Positions 9,487 to 19,988 are shown, counted from the first letter of the stretch. The stretch: 32,000 nt of DNA from Mycolicibacterium smegmatis (GCF_001457595.1 NZ_LN831039.1:2790001-2822000); one strand, 5' to 3'. Program-made: numbers and translations. Notes: generated by a model from the sequence alone, not told the origin.

Positions 9487-10197
9487 TCAGCTCGCGCCGA
9501 CGACCCAGATGGCCTCGGCCGCGGGACTGCCCAGGTCGACCGTGGCCTCGGGATCACCCTCGGGCACGGCCGGGTCCTCGATGGCCACCGAGATGGTGCC
9601 CGCGAAATCACGGCGGGCCACCACCCGCAGGCGCGAATCGAGGCTGATGCCGACGCTGTCGAAGTAGCGCAGCATCTCCGGATCGGCGTCGGAGATGCGG
9701 GCCACCGTGCCGGCGTCGCCGTCCTGGCACACCGACAGCTGCCGGGCCGGCGGCGTGGGGACCTGACCGTCGGCGGCCGGGATCGGATCGCCGTGCGGGT
9801 CACGCGTGGGGTGGCCGAGCTTGGCGTCGATGCGGTCGAGCATGCGGTCGGACACCGCGTGCTCGAGGATCTCGGCCTCGTCGTGGACCTCGTCCCAGCC
9901 GTAGCCGAGTTCCTGCACCAGGAACGTCTCCATCAGCCGGTGCCGGCGGACCATTGCGAGCGCGGCGCGCCTGCCGGCGTCGGTCAGGGTGACCGCACCG
10001 TACTTCTCGTGGTGGACCAGACCCTGATCGGCGAGTTTGCGGATCGACTCCGATGCGGTCGACGCCGATACGCCGATGCGTTCGGCCAGCAGTTTCGTGC
10101 TGACCTTCTCGCGAGACCATTCCTGGGCTGTCCAGATCACTTTCAGATAATCCTGGGCAACCGACGAGAGGTCGCGATGGTCACCGTCTGGACTCAC
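9487..10197 (-). CDS. mntR: DtxR/MntR/SirR-family metal-dependent transcriptional regulator
   Basis: AQDYLKVIWTAQEW...VSTKLLAERIGVSASTASESIRKLADQGLV; dimerization/metal domain AMVRRHRLMETFLVQELGYGWDEVHDEAEILEHAVSD. Synteny with Rv2788 (sirR/mntR). Confidence 0.88.
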   Translation of the reverse strand: MSPDGDHRDLSSVAQDYLKVIWTAQEWSREKVSTKLLAERIGVSASTASESIRKLADQGLVHHEKYGAVTLTDAGRRAALAMVRRHRLMETFLVQELGYGWDEVHDEAEILEHAVSDRMLDRIDAKLGHPTRDPHGDPIPAADGQVPTPPARQLSVCQDGDAGTVARISDADPEMLRYFDSVGISLDSRLRVVARRDFAGTISVAIEDPAVPEGDPEATVDLGSPAAEAIWVVGAS

Positions 10198-10278
10198 AGT
10201 ATGGAAGTTTAGGCAATCATCATTTGATCTGGGGATCTAGAGCCGCCCGCCGCGCGGGCGGGTCGTAGGCTAACTGCT

Positions 10279-11256
10279 GTGCAACGCTGGCGTGGGCAAG
10301 ACGAGATCCCCACGGACTGGGGCCGGTGCGTTCTGACCATCGGGGTGTTCGACGGCGTCCATCGTGGGCATGCGGAGCTGATCAACCACGCGGTCAAGGC
10401 GGGCCGGGCCCGTGGAGTCCCCGTGGTGCTGATGACGTTCGATCCCCATCCGATGGAGGTGGTGTTCCCGGGTAACCACCCGGCGCAGCTGACCACCCTG
10501 ACCCGGCGCGCCGAGCTGGTCGAGGAACTCGGGATCGACGTGTTCCTGGTGATGCCGTTCACCTCCGACTTCATGAAGCTGACCCCTGAGCGCTACATCC
10601 ACGAGCTGCTCGTCGAGCACCTGCACGTCGTCGAGGTGGTCGTGGGGGAGAACTTCACGTTCGGCAAGAAGGCCGCGGGCAACGTCGACATGCTGCGCAA
10701 GGCCGGTGAGCGCTTCGGGTTCGCCGTCGAGGCGATGTCGCTGGTCGCCGAGCATCACCGCAACGAGACGGTGACGTTCTCGTCGACCTACATCCGGGCC
10801 TGCGTCGACGCGGGCGACATGGTCGCCGCGGCCGAGGCGCTGGGCCGTCCCCACCGCGTCGAGGGGGTCGTGGTGCGCGGCGACGGCCGTGGCCGGGTGC
10901 TCGGGTTCCCGACGGCCAACGTGGCACCGCCCATGTACTCGGCGATCCCCGCCGACGGCGTCTACGCGGCCTGGTTCACGGTGCTCGGCCAGGGACCGCA
11001 GGTGGGAACCGTCGTGCCGGGGGAGCGGTATCAGGCCGCGGTGTCGGTGGGGACCAATCCGACGTTCTCGGGCCGCACCCGCACGGTCGAGGCGTTCGTG
11101 CTCGACACGTCTGCCGACCTGTACGGACAGCACGTCGCGGTCGACTTCGTGTCCCGCATCCGCGGCCAGGAGAAGTTCGATTCGGTCGACGACCTCGTGG
11201 TCGCGATGGAACGTGACGTCGAGCGCGCCCGCACGATCCTGCGCGATTCTGTCTAG
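10279..11256 (+). CDS. ribF: Bifunctional riboflavin kinase/FAD synthetase
   Basis: LTIGVFDGVHRGHAELI, VGENFTFGKKAAGNVDML, VVRGDGRGRVLGFPTANVAPP; GTG start. Confidence 0.96.
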   Translation: MQRWRGQDEIPTDWGRCVLTIGVFDGVHRGHAELINHAVKAGRARGVPVVLMTFDPHPMEVVFPGNHPAQLTTLTRRAELVEELGIDVFLVMPFTSDFMKLTPERYIHELLVEHLHVVEVVVGENFTFGKKAAGNVDMLRKAGERFGFAVEAMSLVAEHHRNETVTFSSTYIRACVDAGDMVAAAEALGRPHRVEGVVVRGDGRGRVLGFPTANVAPPMYSAIPADGVYAAWFTVLGQGPQVGTVVPGERYQAAVSVGTNPTFSGRTRTVEAFVLDTSADLYGQHVAVDFVSRIRGQEKFDSVDDLVVAMERDVERARTILRDSV

Positions 11257-11357
11257 CGGCTGCGGCGCTGCTACACTTCTCGGCGATCCGGCGCATGCTG
11301 CAGGCCGCGGTGGCTGTGTCGAGAATTTGTTCGCGGACCGATTGATGGAGTTGTCTC

Positions 11358-11627
11358 GTGGCGCTTACCGCCGAGCAGAAAAAAGAGATCCTGGGCCAGT
11401 ACGGCCTGCACGACACCGATACCGGCTCCCCGGAGGCGCAGGTCGCGCTGCTGACCAAGCGCATCCAGGACCTCACCGAACACCTCAAGGTGCACAAGCA
11501 CGATCACCACTCGCGGCGCGGTCTGCTGCTGCTCGTGGGTCGTCGCCGTCGCCTGCTGAAGTACGTCGCGCAGGTCGACGTCGCCCGCTACCGCTCGCTC
11601 ATCGAGCGCCTCGGGCTGCGTCGCTGA
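11358..11627 (+). CDS. rpsO: 30S ribosomal protein S15
   Basis: Complete 89-aa S15: [70 protein letters not shown]. Confidence 0.98.
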
Positions 11628-11638
11628 CGCGGTCCTAG

Positions 11639-12139
11639 GTGGGAACCACATCCGCGGCCGTCCTCGGGGCGGCCGCTGTTCTTTCTTTCGTGGGGTTGAC
11701 CGGGTGCGCATCCTCCGCGGCGTCTGCGGACATGCAGGCGGGGGACTGCCTGGAACTCGGTGGCACCTTCGACCAACCCGAGGCCACCAGGGCTGAGTGC
11801 GGCAGCAAGAAGTCCAACTACAAGGTGGTCCCGACAGTCGCCGACAGCGCCCGGTGTCCCGCCGACGTGGACTCCTATTACACGCTGAGCAGCCGGTTCA
11901 GCGGTGAGACGCACACCGTGTGCATGGATATCGACTGGGTCGTCGGCGGATGCATGAACGTCGACCCGGAGAACAACACCGACCCCTACCGGGTCGACTG
12001 CTCCGATACCGGTGCGCCGCACCGGCAACGGGTCACAGAGGTCCTGGAGGGCATCTCCAACCCCGACCAGTGTGCGACCGGTCTGGGCTACGCGTACGAC
12101 GAGCGACAGTTCACGGTTTGCGTCGAGAATGTCCGCTGA
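11639..12139 (+). CDS. lppU: Putative lipoprotein, LppU-like
   Basis: Signal peptide with lipobox (VLSFVGLTGC), multiple Cys, conserved position between rpsO and gpsI. Confidence 0.78.
   Translation: MGTTSAAVLGAAAVLSFVGLTGCASSAASADMQAGDCLELGGTFDQPEATRAECGSKKSNYKVVPTVADSARCPADVDSYYTLSSRFSGETHTVCMDIDWVVGGCMNVDPENNTDPYRVDCSDTGAPHRQRVTEVLEGISNPDQCATGLGYAYDERQFTVCVENVR
11654..11688 (+). terminator. Candidate intrinsic terminator after rpsO
   Basis: GCGGCCG(11654-11660)...CGGCCGC(11670-11676) stem followed by T-rich TGTTCTTTCTTT. Confidence 0.55.
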
Positions 12140-12468
12140 GCGCGGGCCCAACCAGCGCCAATGACTGCTGCAGTGGCGTTCAGGCTGTTGCTGCCGTGTA
12201 ACATGAGGGCGTTCGATGGCCGAAGTCTGCTCAGTGGGCGCTCGTTGGTCGTACGAACGTCAGGTGCGACACCCGCGATCCGTGGGTGACGTTCCTGCGA
12301 GTCACGTCAGGGCCAGCCTGATCGGGCGGTCTTCGGTAGTGGCTGCCGGGAATCCAAACAGGTTTATCCCGACAGCTTCGATCGACGGCCGTAGCCGTTC
12401 AAGAGCAGTGGCTTTCTGAGCGTGACGACGCGAAAAAGATGTTGAATTGAAAGAGGCCACTGGACTAA

Positions 12469-14760
12469 ATGTCTGTAGTCGAACTTGAAGACGGTGTGTA
12501 CGAATCGACCGCTGTCATCGACAACGGGAGCTTCGGCACCCGCACCATCCGTTTCGAGACCGGGCGCCTCGCCCAGCAGGCCGCCGGCTCCGCCGTCGCC
12601 TACCTCGATGACGAGACCATGCTGCTGAGCGCGACGACCGCCAGCAAGAACCCCAAGGATCACTTCGACTTCTTCCCGCTCACGGTGGACGTCGAGGAGC
12701 GCATGTACGCCGCGGGTCGCATCCCCGGTTCGTTCTTCCGTCGTGAGGGCCGTCCCTCCACCGACGCGATCCTGACCTGCCGTCTGATCGACCGTCCGCT
12801 GCGCCCGTCGTTCGTCGACGGTCTGCGCAACGAGATCCAGGTCGTCGTGACCGTGATGAGCCTGGATCCCAAGGATCTGTACGACGTGCTCGCGATCAAC
12901 GCCGCCTCGATGTCGACGCAGCTCGCCGGTCTGCCCTTCTCGGGCCCCGTCGGCGGCGCCCGCATCGCCCTGATCGACGGCACCTGGGTCGCGTTCCCGA
13001 CCGTCGAGCAGCTCGAGCGCGCCGTGTTCGACATGGTGGTCGCCGGGCGGATTGTCGGAGACGGCGACAGTGCCGATGTGGCGATCATGATGGTCGAGGC
13101 CGAGGCCACCGAGAACGTCGTCGAGCTCGTCGCGGGCGGCGCGCAGGCGCCCACCGAGGCCGTCGTGGCCGAGGGCCTCGAGGCCGCCAAGCCGTTCATC
13201 AAGGCGCTGTGCGCCGCGCAGCAGGAACTGGCCGATCGCGCCGCCAAGCCGGCCGGCGAGTACCCGGTGTTCCCCGACTACGAGGCCGACGTGTACGACG
13301 CGGTGGCCTCGGTGGCCACCGAGGCGCTGGCGGAGGCCCTGACCATCGCGGGCAAGACCGAGCGCAACGACCGCACCGACGAGATCAAGGTCGAGGTGCT
13401 CGAGCGTCTCGCCGAGCCCTACGCCGGGCGTGAGAAGGAGATCGGCGCTGCATTCCGCTCGCTGACCAAAAAGCTTGTGCGCCAGCGCATCTTGACCGAT
13501 CACTTCCGCATCGACGGCCGTGGCATCACCGACATCCGTGCGCTTTCCGCCGAGGTCGCGGTGATCCCGCGGGCGCACGGCAGCGCGCTGTTCGAGCGCG
13601 GCGAGACCCAGATCCTGGGTGTCACCACGCTGGACATGATCAAGATGGCCCAGCAGATCGACTCGCTGGGGCCGGAGAACACCAAGCGTTACATGCACCA
13701 CTACAACTTCCCGCCGTACTCGACCGGTGAGACCGGCCGCGTGGGCTCGCCGAAGCGTCGCGAGATCGGCCACGGCGCGCTGGCCGAGCGGGCGCTGGTG
13801 CCGGTGCTGCCGAGCATCGAAGAGTTCCCGTACGCCATCCGCCAGGTGTCCGAGGCGCTGGGCTCCAACGGCTCGACCTCGATGGGTTCGGTGTGCGCCT
13901 CGACGCTCGCCCTGCTCAACGCGGGTGTGCCGCTGAAGGCTCCGGTTGCCGGCATCGCCATGGGTCTGGTGTCCGACGACGTCGACGTTGACGGCAAGGT
14001 CGAGAAGCGTTACGTCGCCCTCACCGACATCCTCGGTGCCGAGGACGCCTTCGGTGACATGGACTTCAAGGTCGCCGGGACCAAGGACTTCGTGACCGCG
14101 CTGCAGCTCGACACCAAGCTCGACGGCATCCCCTCGCAGGTGCTCGCCGGTGCGTTGAGCCAGGCCAAGGATGCGCGCCTGACCATCCTGGACGTGATGG
14201 CCGAGGCCATCGATCGTCCGGACGAGATGAGCCCGTATGCACCGCGGATCACCACCATCAAGGTGCCCGTGGACAAGATCGGCGAGGTCATCGGCCCCAA
14301 GGGCAAGATGATCAACTCGATCACCGAGGAGACCGGCGCCCAGATCTCGATCGAGGACGACGGCACGGTATTCGTCGGTGCCGCCGACGGGTTGTCGGCG
14401 CAGGCCGCGATCGACAAGATCAACGCGATCGCCAACCCGCAGCTGCCCAAGGTCGGCGAGCGGTTCCTCGGCACGGTCGTCAAGACCACCGATTTCGGTG
14501 CGTTCGTGTCGCTGCTTCCGGGCCGTGACGGGCTGGTGCACATCAGCAAGCTCGGCAAGGGCAAGCGCATCGCCAAGGTCGAAGACGTGGTGAAGGTCGG
14601 TGACAAGCTCCGCGTGGAGATCGCCGACATCGACAACCGCGGCAAGATCTCGCTGGTGCTGGTTGCCGAGGAGTCGGCGGAATCCGCCGAGTCGGCCGGT
14701 GACAAGGGTGCCGAGAAGGCCGAGGGCGCTGCCGCCGATGTCACGCCGGCCGAGGCCTGA
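12469..14760 (+). CDS. gpsI: Polyribonucleotide nucleotidyltransferase (PNPase/guanosine pentaphosphate synthetase I)
   Basis: 763 aa; RNase PH domains ([30 protein letters not shown]), KH ([28 protein letters not shown]), S1 ([28 protein letters not shown]). Confidence 0.98.
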   Translation: MSVVELEDGVYESTAVIDNGSFGTRTIRFETGRLAQQAAGSAVAYLDDETMLLSATTASKNPKDHFDFFPLTVDVEERMYAAGRIPGSFFRREGRPSTDAILTCRLIDRPLRPSFVDGLRNEIQVVVTVMSLDPKDLYDVLAINAASMSTQLAGLPFSGPVGGARIALIDGTWVAFPTVEQLERAVFDMVVAGRIVGDGDSADVAIMMVEAEATENVVELVAGGAQAPTEAVVAEGLEAAKPFIKALCAAQQELADRAAKPAGEYPVFPDYEADVYDAVASVATEALAEALTIAGKTERNDRTDEIKVEVLERLAEPYAGREKEIGAAFRSLTKKLVRQRILTDHFRIDGRGITDIRALSAEVAVIPRAHGSALFERGETQILGVTTLDMIKMAQQIDSLGPENTKRYMHHYNFPPYSTGETGRVGSPKRREIGHGALAERALVPVLPSIEEFPYAIRQVSEALGSNGSTSMGSVCASTLALLNAGVPLKAPVAGIAMGLVSDDVDVDGKVEKRYVALTDILGAEDAFGDMDFKVAGTKDFVTALQLDTKLDGIPSQVLAGALSQAKDARLTILDVMAEAIDRPDEMSPYAPRITTIKVPVDKIGEVIGPKGKMINSITEETGAQISIEDDGTVFVGAADGLSAQAAIDKINAIANPQLPKVGERFLGTVVKTTDFGAFVSLLPGRDGLVHISKLGKGKRIAKVEDVVKVGDKLRVEIADIDNRGKISLVLVAEESAESAESAGDKGAEKAEGAAADVTPAEA

Positions 14761-16087
14761 TCAGGCGTCATCGGCTTCATCGTTGACCGAGACCAGACTG
14801 GAAACGTCGCAGGTCCGCCGGACCACGCTGCCCGGCGGACTTCGCGTCGTCACCGAATATCTCCCGTACGTGCGCTCGGCGTCGGTGGGGGTGTGGGTTG
14901 GTGTCGGTTCCCGTGACGAGGGACGCAGCGTCGCGGGCGCCGCGCACTTCCTGGAGCACCTGCTGTTCAAGTCGACGCCGACCCGCACGGCCGTGGACAT
15001 CGCCCAGACGGTCGACGCGGTCGGCGGTGAGCTGAACGCGTTCACCGCGCGTGAGCACACGTGCTACTACGCGCATGTGCTGGATTCCGATCTGGAACTC
15101 GCGGTCGACCTCGTGGCCGATGTGGTGCTGCGTGGCCGCTGCGCGGCCGAGGACGTCGAGGTCGAGCGCGACGTGGTGCTCGAGGAAATCGCGATGCGCG
15201 ACGACGACCCCGAGGACACCCTCGGCGACGTCTTCCTCTCTGCGATGTTCGGTGACCATCCCGTCGGCAGGCCCGTGATCGGCAGTATCGAGTCCATCTC
15301 GGAAATGACTCGGGCCCAACTGCATTCGTTCCACGTCCGGCGCTACACGCCGGACCGCATGGTGCTCGCGGTGGCAGGCAACGTCGACCACGACGAGGTC
15401 GTCGCCCTGGCCCGTGAACATTTCGGCAGGCGATTGGTCCAGGGACGCGACGCCGTGCCGCCCCGCAAGGGCAGCGGCCGGGTGCCGGGCCGGCCGTCGC
15501 TGCGCGTCGTCGAACGCGACGGCGAGCAGACCCACGTGTCGCTCGGGGTCCGCACACCGGGCCGGCACTGGGAACACCGTTGGGCGCTCTCGGTTCTCAA
15601 CACCGCACTCGGTGGGGGACTGAGTTCGCGTCTGTTCCAGGAGATCCGCGAGACCCGCGGACTGGCGTACTCGGTGTACTCCACCGTCGACACCTTCTCC
15701 GACAGCGGTGCGCTGTCGATATACGCCGGATGCCTGCCGGAGCGGTTCGAGGAGGTCGTGCGGGTGACCACCGACGTTTTGGAAACCGTTGCCCGTGACG
15801 GCATCAGCGAGAACGAGTGCCGGATCGCCAAGGGTTCGCTGCGCGGCGGTCTGGTGCTCGGCCTTGAGGATTCCGCGTCGCGCATGCACCGGATCGGCCG
15901 CGCAGAACTGAACTACGGCGAGCACCGCAGCATCGAGCAGACGCTCGCGCAGATCGATGCGGTGACCCTCGACGAGGTCAACGCGGTGGCGCGGCAACTG
16001 CTGACGCGCGACTACGGCGCTGCCGTGCTCGGCCCCGACACGGCGAAAGTGGCGCTGCCGCAACGTCTTCAGGATATTGCCAGCTGA
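14738..16087 (+). CDS. pepR: M16-family zinc protease
   Basis: [11 protein letters not shown] (HXXEH), [39 protein letters not shown]. Start ambiguous: ATG 14738 (23-nt overlap with gpsI) or TTG 14783. Confidence 0.92.
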   Translation: MSRRPRPDQASSASSLTETRLETSQVRRTTLPGGLRVVTEYLPYVRSASVGVWVGVGSRDEGRSVAGAAHFLEHLLFKSTPTRTAVDIAQTVDAVGGELNAFTAREHTCYYAHVLDSDLELAVDLVADVVLRGRCAAEDVEVERDVVLEEIAMRDDDPEDTLGDVFLSAMFGDHPVGRPVIGSIESISEMTRAQLHSFHVRRYTPDRMVLAVAGNVDHDEVVALAREHFGRRLVQGRDAVPPRKGSGRVPGRPSLRVVERDGEQTHVSLGVRTPGRHWEHRWALSVLNTALGGGLSSRLFQEIRETRGLAYSVYSTVDTFSDSGALSIYAGCLPERFEEVVRVTTDVLETVARDGISENECRIAKGSLRGGLVLGLEDSASRMHRIGRAELNYGEHRSIEQTLAQIDAVTLDEVNAVARQLLTRDYGAAVLGPDTAKVALPQRLQDIAS

Positions 16088-16105
16088 TCCGCTAGATTGG
16101 GTCGG

Positions 16106-16987
16106 ATGATGAATCTCTCACGACGCAGTGTGTTGATCGGATCCCTGGCAGTGATGGCGGCCGCCGGTGTGCGTATGCCGACGGCTTCCGCCGCTCCCGT
16201 CGACGACCGGATCGCCGATCTCGAACGACGGAACAACGCATCCATCGGCATCTACGCCGTCGACCTCGATTCGAACCGTACGGTCGCGCACCGCGCCGAC
16301 GACTCGTTCGCGATGTGCTCGACGTTCAAGGCCTACCTCGCGGCCCGGATCCTGCGGGGCGCCGAGCGCGGCGAGTTGTCGCTGGACGATCGTGTCTTCG
16401 TGGATCCCGCGGCGCTGCTGAGCAACTCGCCGATCACCGAGACACACGCAGGCGGCGAGATGACGCTGGCCGAGTTGTGCCAGGCGGCACTGCAGCGCAG
16501 CGACAACGCCGCGGCCAACCTGTTGCTCAAGCAGATCGGCGGGCCGGCCGAGATCACCGCGTTCGCGCGGTCGATCGGCGACCAGCGCACACGCCTGGAC
16601 CGCTGGGAGACCGAACTGAACTCGGCGGTGCCCGGCGATCCGCGTGACACCAGCACCCCGGCCGCGCTGGCCGGTGGTTTCCGCGCCGTGCTGACCGGCG
16701 ACGTGCTGGCCCCGCCGCAGCGTCAATTGCTCGACGAGTGGATGCGGGCCAACGAGACCTCCAGCCTGCGTGCGGGTTTGCCGGACGGCTGGACCAGTGC
16801 CGACAAGACCGGCAGCGGCGACTACGGATCCACCAACGATGTGGGTATCGCCTACGGCCCGCAGGGGCAGCGCATCCTGCTGGCGTTGATGGTGCGGACG
16901 CGCGGCGACGATCCGAACGCGGACGGGTTCCGGCCCCTCATCGGGGAACTCACCGCGCTGGTGCTGCCCGAACTCGGCGTGCACTGA
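16106..16987 (+). CDS. blaS: Class A beta-lactamase with Tat-type signal peptide
   Basis: [21 protein letters not shown]; active-site CSTFK (STFK), SDN ([12 protein letters not shown]), E166-region ([10 protein letters not shown]), KTG ([10 protein letters not shown]). Confidence 0.92.
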   Translation: MMNLSRRSVLIGSLAVMAAAGVRMPTASAAPVDDRIADLERRNNASIGIYAVDLDSNRTVAHRADDSFAMCSTFKAYLAARILRGAERGELSLDDRVFVDPAALLSNSPITETHAGGEMTLAELCQAALQRSDNAAANLLLKQIGGPAEITAFARSIGDQRTRLDRWETELNSAVPGDPRDTSTPAALAGGFRAVLTGDVLAPPQRQLLDEWMRANETSSLRAGLPDGWTSADKTGSGDYGSTNDVGIAYGPQGQRILLALMVRTRGDDPNADGFRPLIGELTALVLPELGVH

Positions 16988-16992
16988 CGAAA

Positions 16993-17025
16993 ATCGCCCG
17001 GCCGGAACGGTTCCGGCCGGGCGAT
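16993..17025. terminator. Perfect 15-bp stem / 3-nt loop hairpin between convergent blaS and ald
   Basis: ATCGCCCGGCCGGAA-CGG-TTCCGGCCGGGCGAT, 5 bp after the blaS stop and 13 bp from the ald stop. Confidence 0.75.
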
Positions 17026-17038
17026 CACGGTTCGGTTG

Positions 17039-18154
17039 TTACGCCAGGAACTGTGCCGCGTCGGTGAACGGCAGGTCCAGATCCTTGGCGACGGCCTCGG
17101 ACAGCAGCTTGCCGTCGTGGGTCGAGAGACCCTTGGCCAGTGCGGAATCCGACGCACACGCGGCCTGCCAGCCCTTGTCGGCGAGCTTGAGCACGTACGG
17201 CATGGTCGAGTTGGTCAGCGCGAACGTCGACGTGCGCGGCACCGCGCCGGGCATGTTGGCCACGCAGTAGAAGATCGTGTCGTGGACCTTGAACGTGGGC
17301 TCGTCGTGCGTGGTGGGCCGCGAGTCCTCGAAGCAGCCACCCTGGTCGATCGCGATGTCGACCAGCACCGCACCCGGCTTCATGTGCGCGACAGTCGAAT
17401 TGGTCACCAGTTTCGGCGCTTTGGCGCCGGGCACCAGGACTGCGCCGATCACCAGGTCGGCCTTCTTGACCGCTTCTTCGAGTTCGAGGCTCGACGAGTA
17501 GCGGGTCTCGATGCGTCCGCCGAACTCGCCGTCGACGCGGCGCAACGTGTTGATGTTGAGATCGAACACCGTCACGTGGGCGCCCATGCCCGCAGCGACA
17601 CGCGCGGCGTTGTAGCCGGCGGTGCCTGCGCCGATCACGACGACCTCGGCAGGCGCGACACCCGGGACGCCGCCCATCAGGACGCCACGGCCACCGTAGC
17701 TGCGCATGAGGTGGTAGGCGCCGACCTGGGCCGAGAGCCGGCCGGCGACCTCGCTCATCGGCGCGAGCAGGGGCAGCGCGCCCTCGGCGGTCTGCACGGT
17801 CTCGTAGGCGATCGACGTGGTGCCGGACGCCAGCAGCGCGTCGGTGCACGGCTTGGACGCCGCGAGGTGCAGGTAGGTGAACAGGGTCTGGCCCTTGCGC
17901 ATCCGCGAGTACTCGGGCTCGATCGGTTCTTTCACCTTGAGCAGCAGTTCTGCTTCCGACCAGACCTGGTCGGCGGTGTTGACGATCTCGGCGCCCGCCG
18001 CCTTGAAGTCGCGATCCGAGATGGCCGAGCCCTCACCGGCACCGGCCTGGATGATCACCTCGTGACCTCTGCGGGTCAGCTCTGCCACACCAGCCGGGGT
18101 GATGGCGACCCGGTACTCGTTGTTCTTGATCTCGGTCGGGATTCCGACGAGCAT
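17039..18154 (-). CDS. ald: Alanine dehydrogenase
   Basis: 371 aa from [26 protein letters not shown]; [27 protein letters not shown] Rossmann motif. Confidence 0.97.
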   Translation of the reverse strand: MLVGIPTEIKNNEYRVAITPAGVAELTRRGHEVIIQAGAGEGSAISDRDFKAAGAEIVNTADQVWSEAELLLKVKEPIEPEYSRMRKGQTLFTYLHLAASKPCTDALLASGTTSIAYETVQTAEGALPLLAPMSEVAGRLSAQVGAYHLMRSYGGRGVLMGGVPGVAPAEVVVIGAGTAGYNAARVAAGMGAHVTVFDLNINTLRRVDGEFGGRIETRYSSSLELEEAVKKADLVIGAVLVPGAKAPKLVTNSTVAHMKPGAVLVDIAIDQGGCFEDSRPTTHDEPTFKVHDTIFYCVANMPGAVPRTSTFALTNSTMPYVLKLADKGWQAACASDSALAKGLSTHDGKLLSEAVAKDLDLPFTDAAQFLA

Positions 18155-18249
18155 GATCGCTCCTTCAGAAGGGGTAATGTCACCTCTAAGTGTGAAGAAC
18201 CTTCGAATTGTGAGCAATATCTGTGTCGAAAATTCGTTAGGATTGTGCC
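18155..18249. promoter_or_regulatory. Divergent ald/aldR control region
   Basis: 95-bp AT-richer spacer between divergent ald and its Lrp/AsnC-type regulator; TAGGAT 6 nt upstream of the aldR GTG. Confidence 0.7.
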
Positions 18250-18765
18250 GTGAGTGAAGGATCATCGATCACGGGCGTCCAAACGCCCGGTTCGCCGAAG
18301 GATGTTCGGGCCCGCGACCTCGACGACATCGACCGCCGCATTTTGCTGGCGTTGCACGACGATGCACGCATACCCAACAGTGCGCTGGCCGAGATGGTCG
18401 GGATAGCTCCGTCGACGTGCCACGGACGCGTTCGCCGGTTGCAGGAGATCGGTGTGATCCGCGGGTTCTACACCGACATCGACCCTGCGGCCGTCGGTCT
18501 GGGCTTGCAAGCGATGATCTCGGTGAGCCTGCAATCCAACGCGCGCGGCAAGATCCGCAGCTTCATCGCGCATATTCGGACCCGGCCTCAAGTGATGGAT
18601 GTGTACTTCCTCGCCGGCGGCGACGACTTCATCCTGCACGTGGCCGCCCGCGACACCGAGGATCTCCGGAAGTTCGTGGTGGAGAACCTCAATGCCGACT
18701 CCGATGTGGCGGGCACACAGACGTCGCTGATCTTCGAACACCTGCGGGGCGCGTCGCCGCTGTGA
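18250..18765 (+). CDS. aldR: Lrp/AsnC-family regulator of alanine dehydrogenase
   Basis: LDDIDRRILLALHDDARIPNSALAEMVGIAPSTCHGRVRRLQEIGVIRGFYTDIDP; divergent from ald as in other mycobacteria. Confidence 0.92.
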   Translation: MSEGSSITGVQTPGSPKDVRARDLDDIDRRILLALHDDARIPNSALAEMVGIAPSTCHGRVRRLQEIGVIRGFYTDIDPAAVGLGLQAMISVSLQSNARGKIRSFIAHIRTRPQVMDVYFLAGGDDFILHVAARDTEDLRKFVVENLNADSDVAGTQTSLIFEHLRGASPL

Positions 18766-18775
18766 TCGTGTGTGG

Positions 18776-19537
18776 CTACTGGGCCCGCAGGACGAGCCCG
18801 TATCCGTCCGCGCCGGTCAGGCGCAGCTCGTCGGAGGAGATCTCGGACTGCACTTTGCCCGTGAGCACCCGCAGCACGGTGCGTTCGACCTGATCTGTGT
18901 CCTGCGGGCACGCCTTGCGTGTCGTTGCCAACGGACCGAACTCGATGATCGCGGGCGTGCCGGAAACCTCGGCATGGCCGTTGAACTGGTTGCAGCCCGT
19001 GAACCCGGTGACGTTGCCGTCCTCGGCGATCGTCAGCGTGGGCTTGGAATTCTCCAGTGCTGTCGATGTGCTGACCGATTGCGGCGACACGAGGCTGGTC
19101 ACCTGCCAGGTGGTTCCCGTCAGCGGCCGATCCGGGTGGACCACCTTCTTGTCCTGCAGTGTGACCGTGGCGTTGTCGGTCTTGAGGACGAGGGTGTCAC
19201 CGTCGAGCGACCACGACGGTTGGGCGTCGAAGAACCGTGACATCCACTGATCGGCATCACCGACCGGTCGCGGGCACGCCATCATCGTGCTGGCGAGTTG
19301 TGTTGCTATGCGGCCGTCCGAGAGGTCGGCCGTCCCCGATCCGTGGTTGCACCCGGCGAACGTGCTGATCTGCCCGCCGTCGAACTGCACGGTCAACGGA
19401 CCGCCTCCGGGAATCTGTTCACCTTCGACCTCCACCGAGACGAACGTGCGGCCGTCGAGGGTTTGATCGTCGGCGTTCACGGTGTTCGCGCACGCCGTGA
19501 GTGCCAGGACCGCGAGCGCTACCGGTACGAGTCGCAT
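18776..19537 (-). CDS. Lipoprotein with two META/HslJ-like domains
   Basis: Lipobox ALTAC; two copies of a F-x-GCN motif (QFDGGQISTFAGCNHGSG; TIAEDGNVTGFTGCNQFNG). Confidence 0.82.
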   Translation of the reverse strand: MRLVPVALAVLALTACANTVNADDQTLDGRTFVSVEVEGEQIPGGGPLTVQFDGGQISTFAGCNHGSGTADLSDGRIATQLASTMMACPRPVGDADQWMSRFFDAQPSWSLDGDTLVLKTDNATVTLQDKKVVHPDRPLTGTTWQVTSLVSPQSVSTSTALENSKPTLTIAEDGNVTGFTGCNQFNGHAEVSGTPAIIEFGPLATTRKACPQDTDQVERTVLRVLTGKVQSEISSDELRLTGADGYGLVLRAQ

Positions 19538-19676
19538 AGCTCACCGTAAATCGGTTCCTCCCGTTCCCCCGGTAATGAATCGGTAATGACTTGCGGTTGA
19601 ACCTGCATTCGTGCGCCGTCGTGTCATGAGGTGTCGGCCGTTCTGGCCTCACGGAAGAAACAGCGAAGGAATTGCA

Positions 19677-19988
19677 ATGAAGTCTCTCTTGGTGGTCGCG
19701 TGTGCTTCAGCAGCCGCGGCTGTCGGTACGGTCCTGGGTTCAGCCGGCATCGCTTCCGCCGCGCCGGAGGGTCCGTCGTCGCCGTCGCAGACTGTCAGCG
19801 AGCTTCGGGCACAGGGTTATCACGTCGTGGTCAACACCGTAGGCGCCGGTTCGTTGGACGGCTGTGCGGTGAAGGCGATTCGGCCCGGGCAGACGTTCAC
19901 GCGCACCGACTCGGGATTCCCTGGGGCCATGGACGATCTGCGTACCAGCGTGACGGCGAAGACGGTGTACGTCGACGTCACTTGCTGA
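19677..19988 (+). CDS. Small secreted mycobacterial protein of unknown function
   Basis: Start ATG after GAAGGAA; signal peptide MKSLLVVACASAAAAVGTVLGSAGIASA-APEG; mature domain AQGYHVVVNTVGAGSLDGCAVKAIRPG...VYVDVTC. Confidence 0.72.
   Translation: MKSLLVVACASAAAAVGTVLGSAGIASAAPEGPSSPSQTVSELRAQGYHVVVNTVGAGSLDGCAVKAIRPGQTFTRTDSGFPGAMDDLRTSVTAKTVYVDVTC

Noticed and set aside
12216-12419. 67-aa ORF in the gpsI leader
   Set aside because: No recognisable family, weak composition and no clear RBS; treated as non-coding leader.
12364-14541. 725-aa minus-strand ORF opposite gpsI
   Set aside because: Antisense shadow of PNPase with no recognisable motifs.
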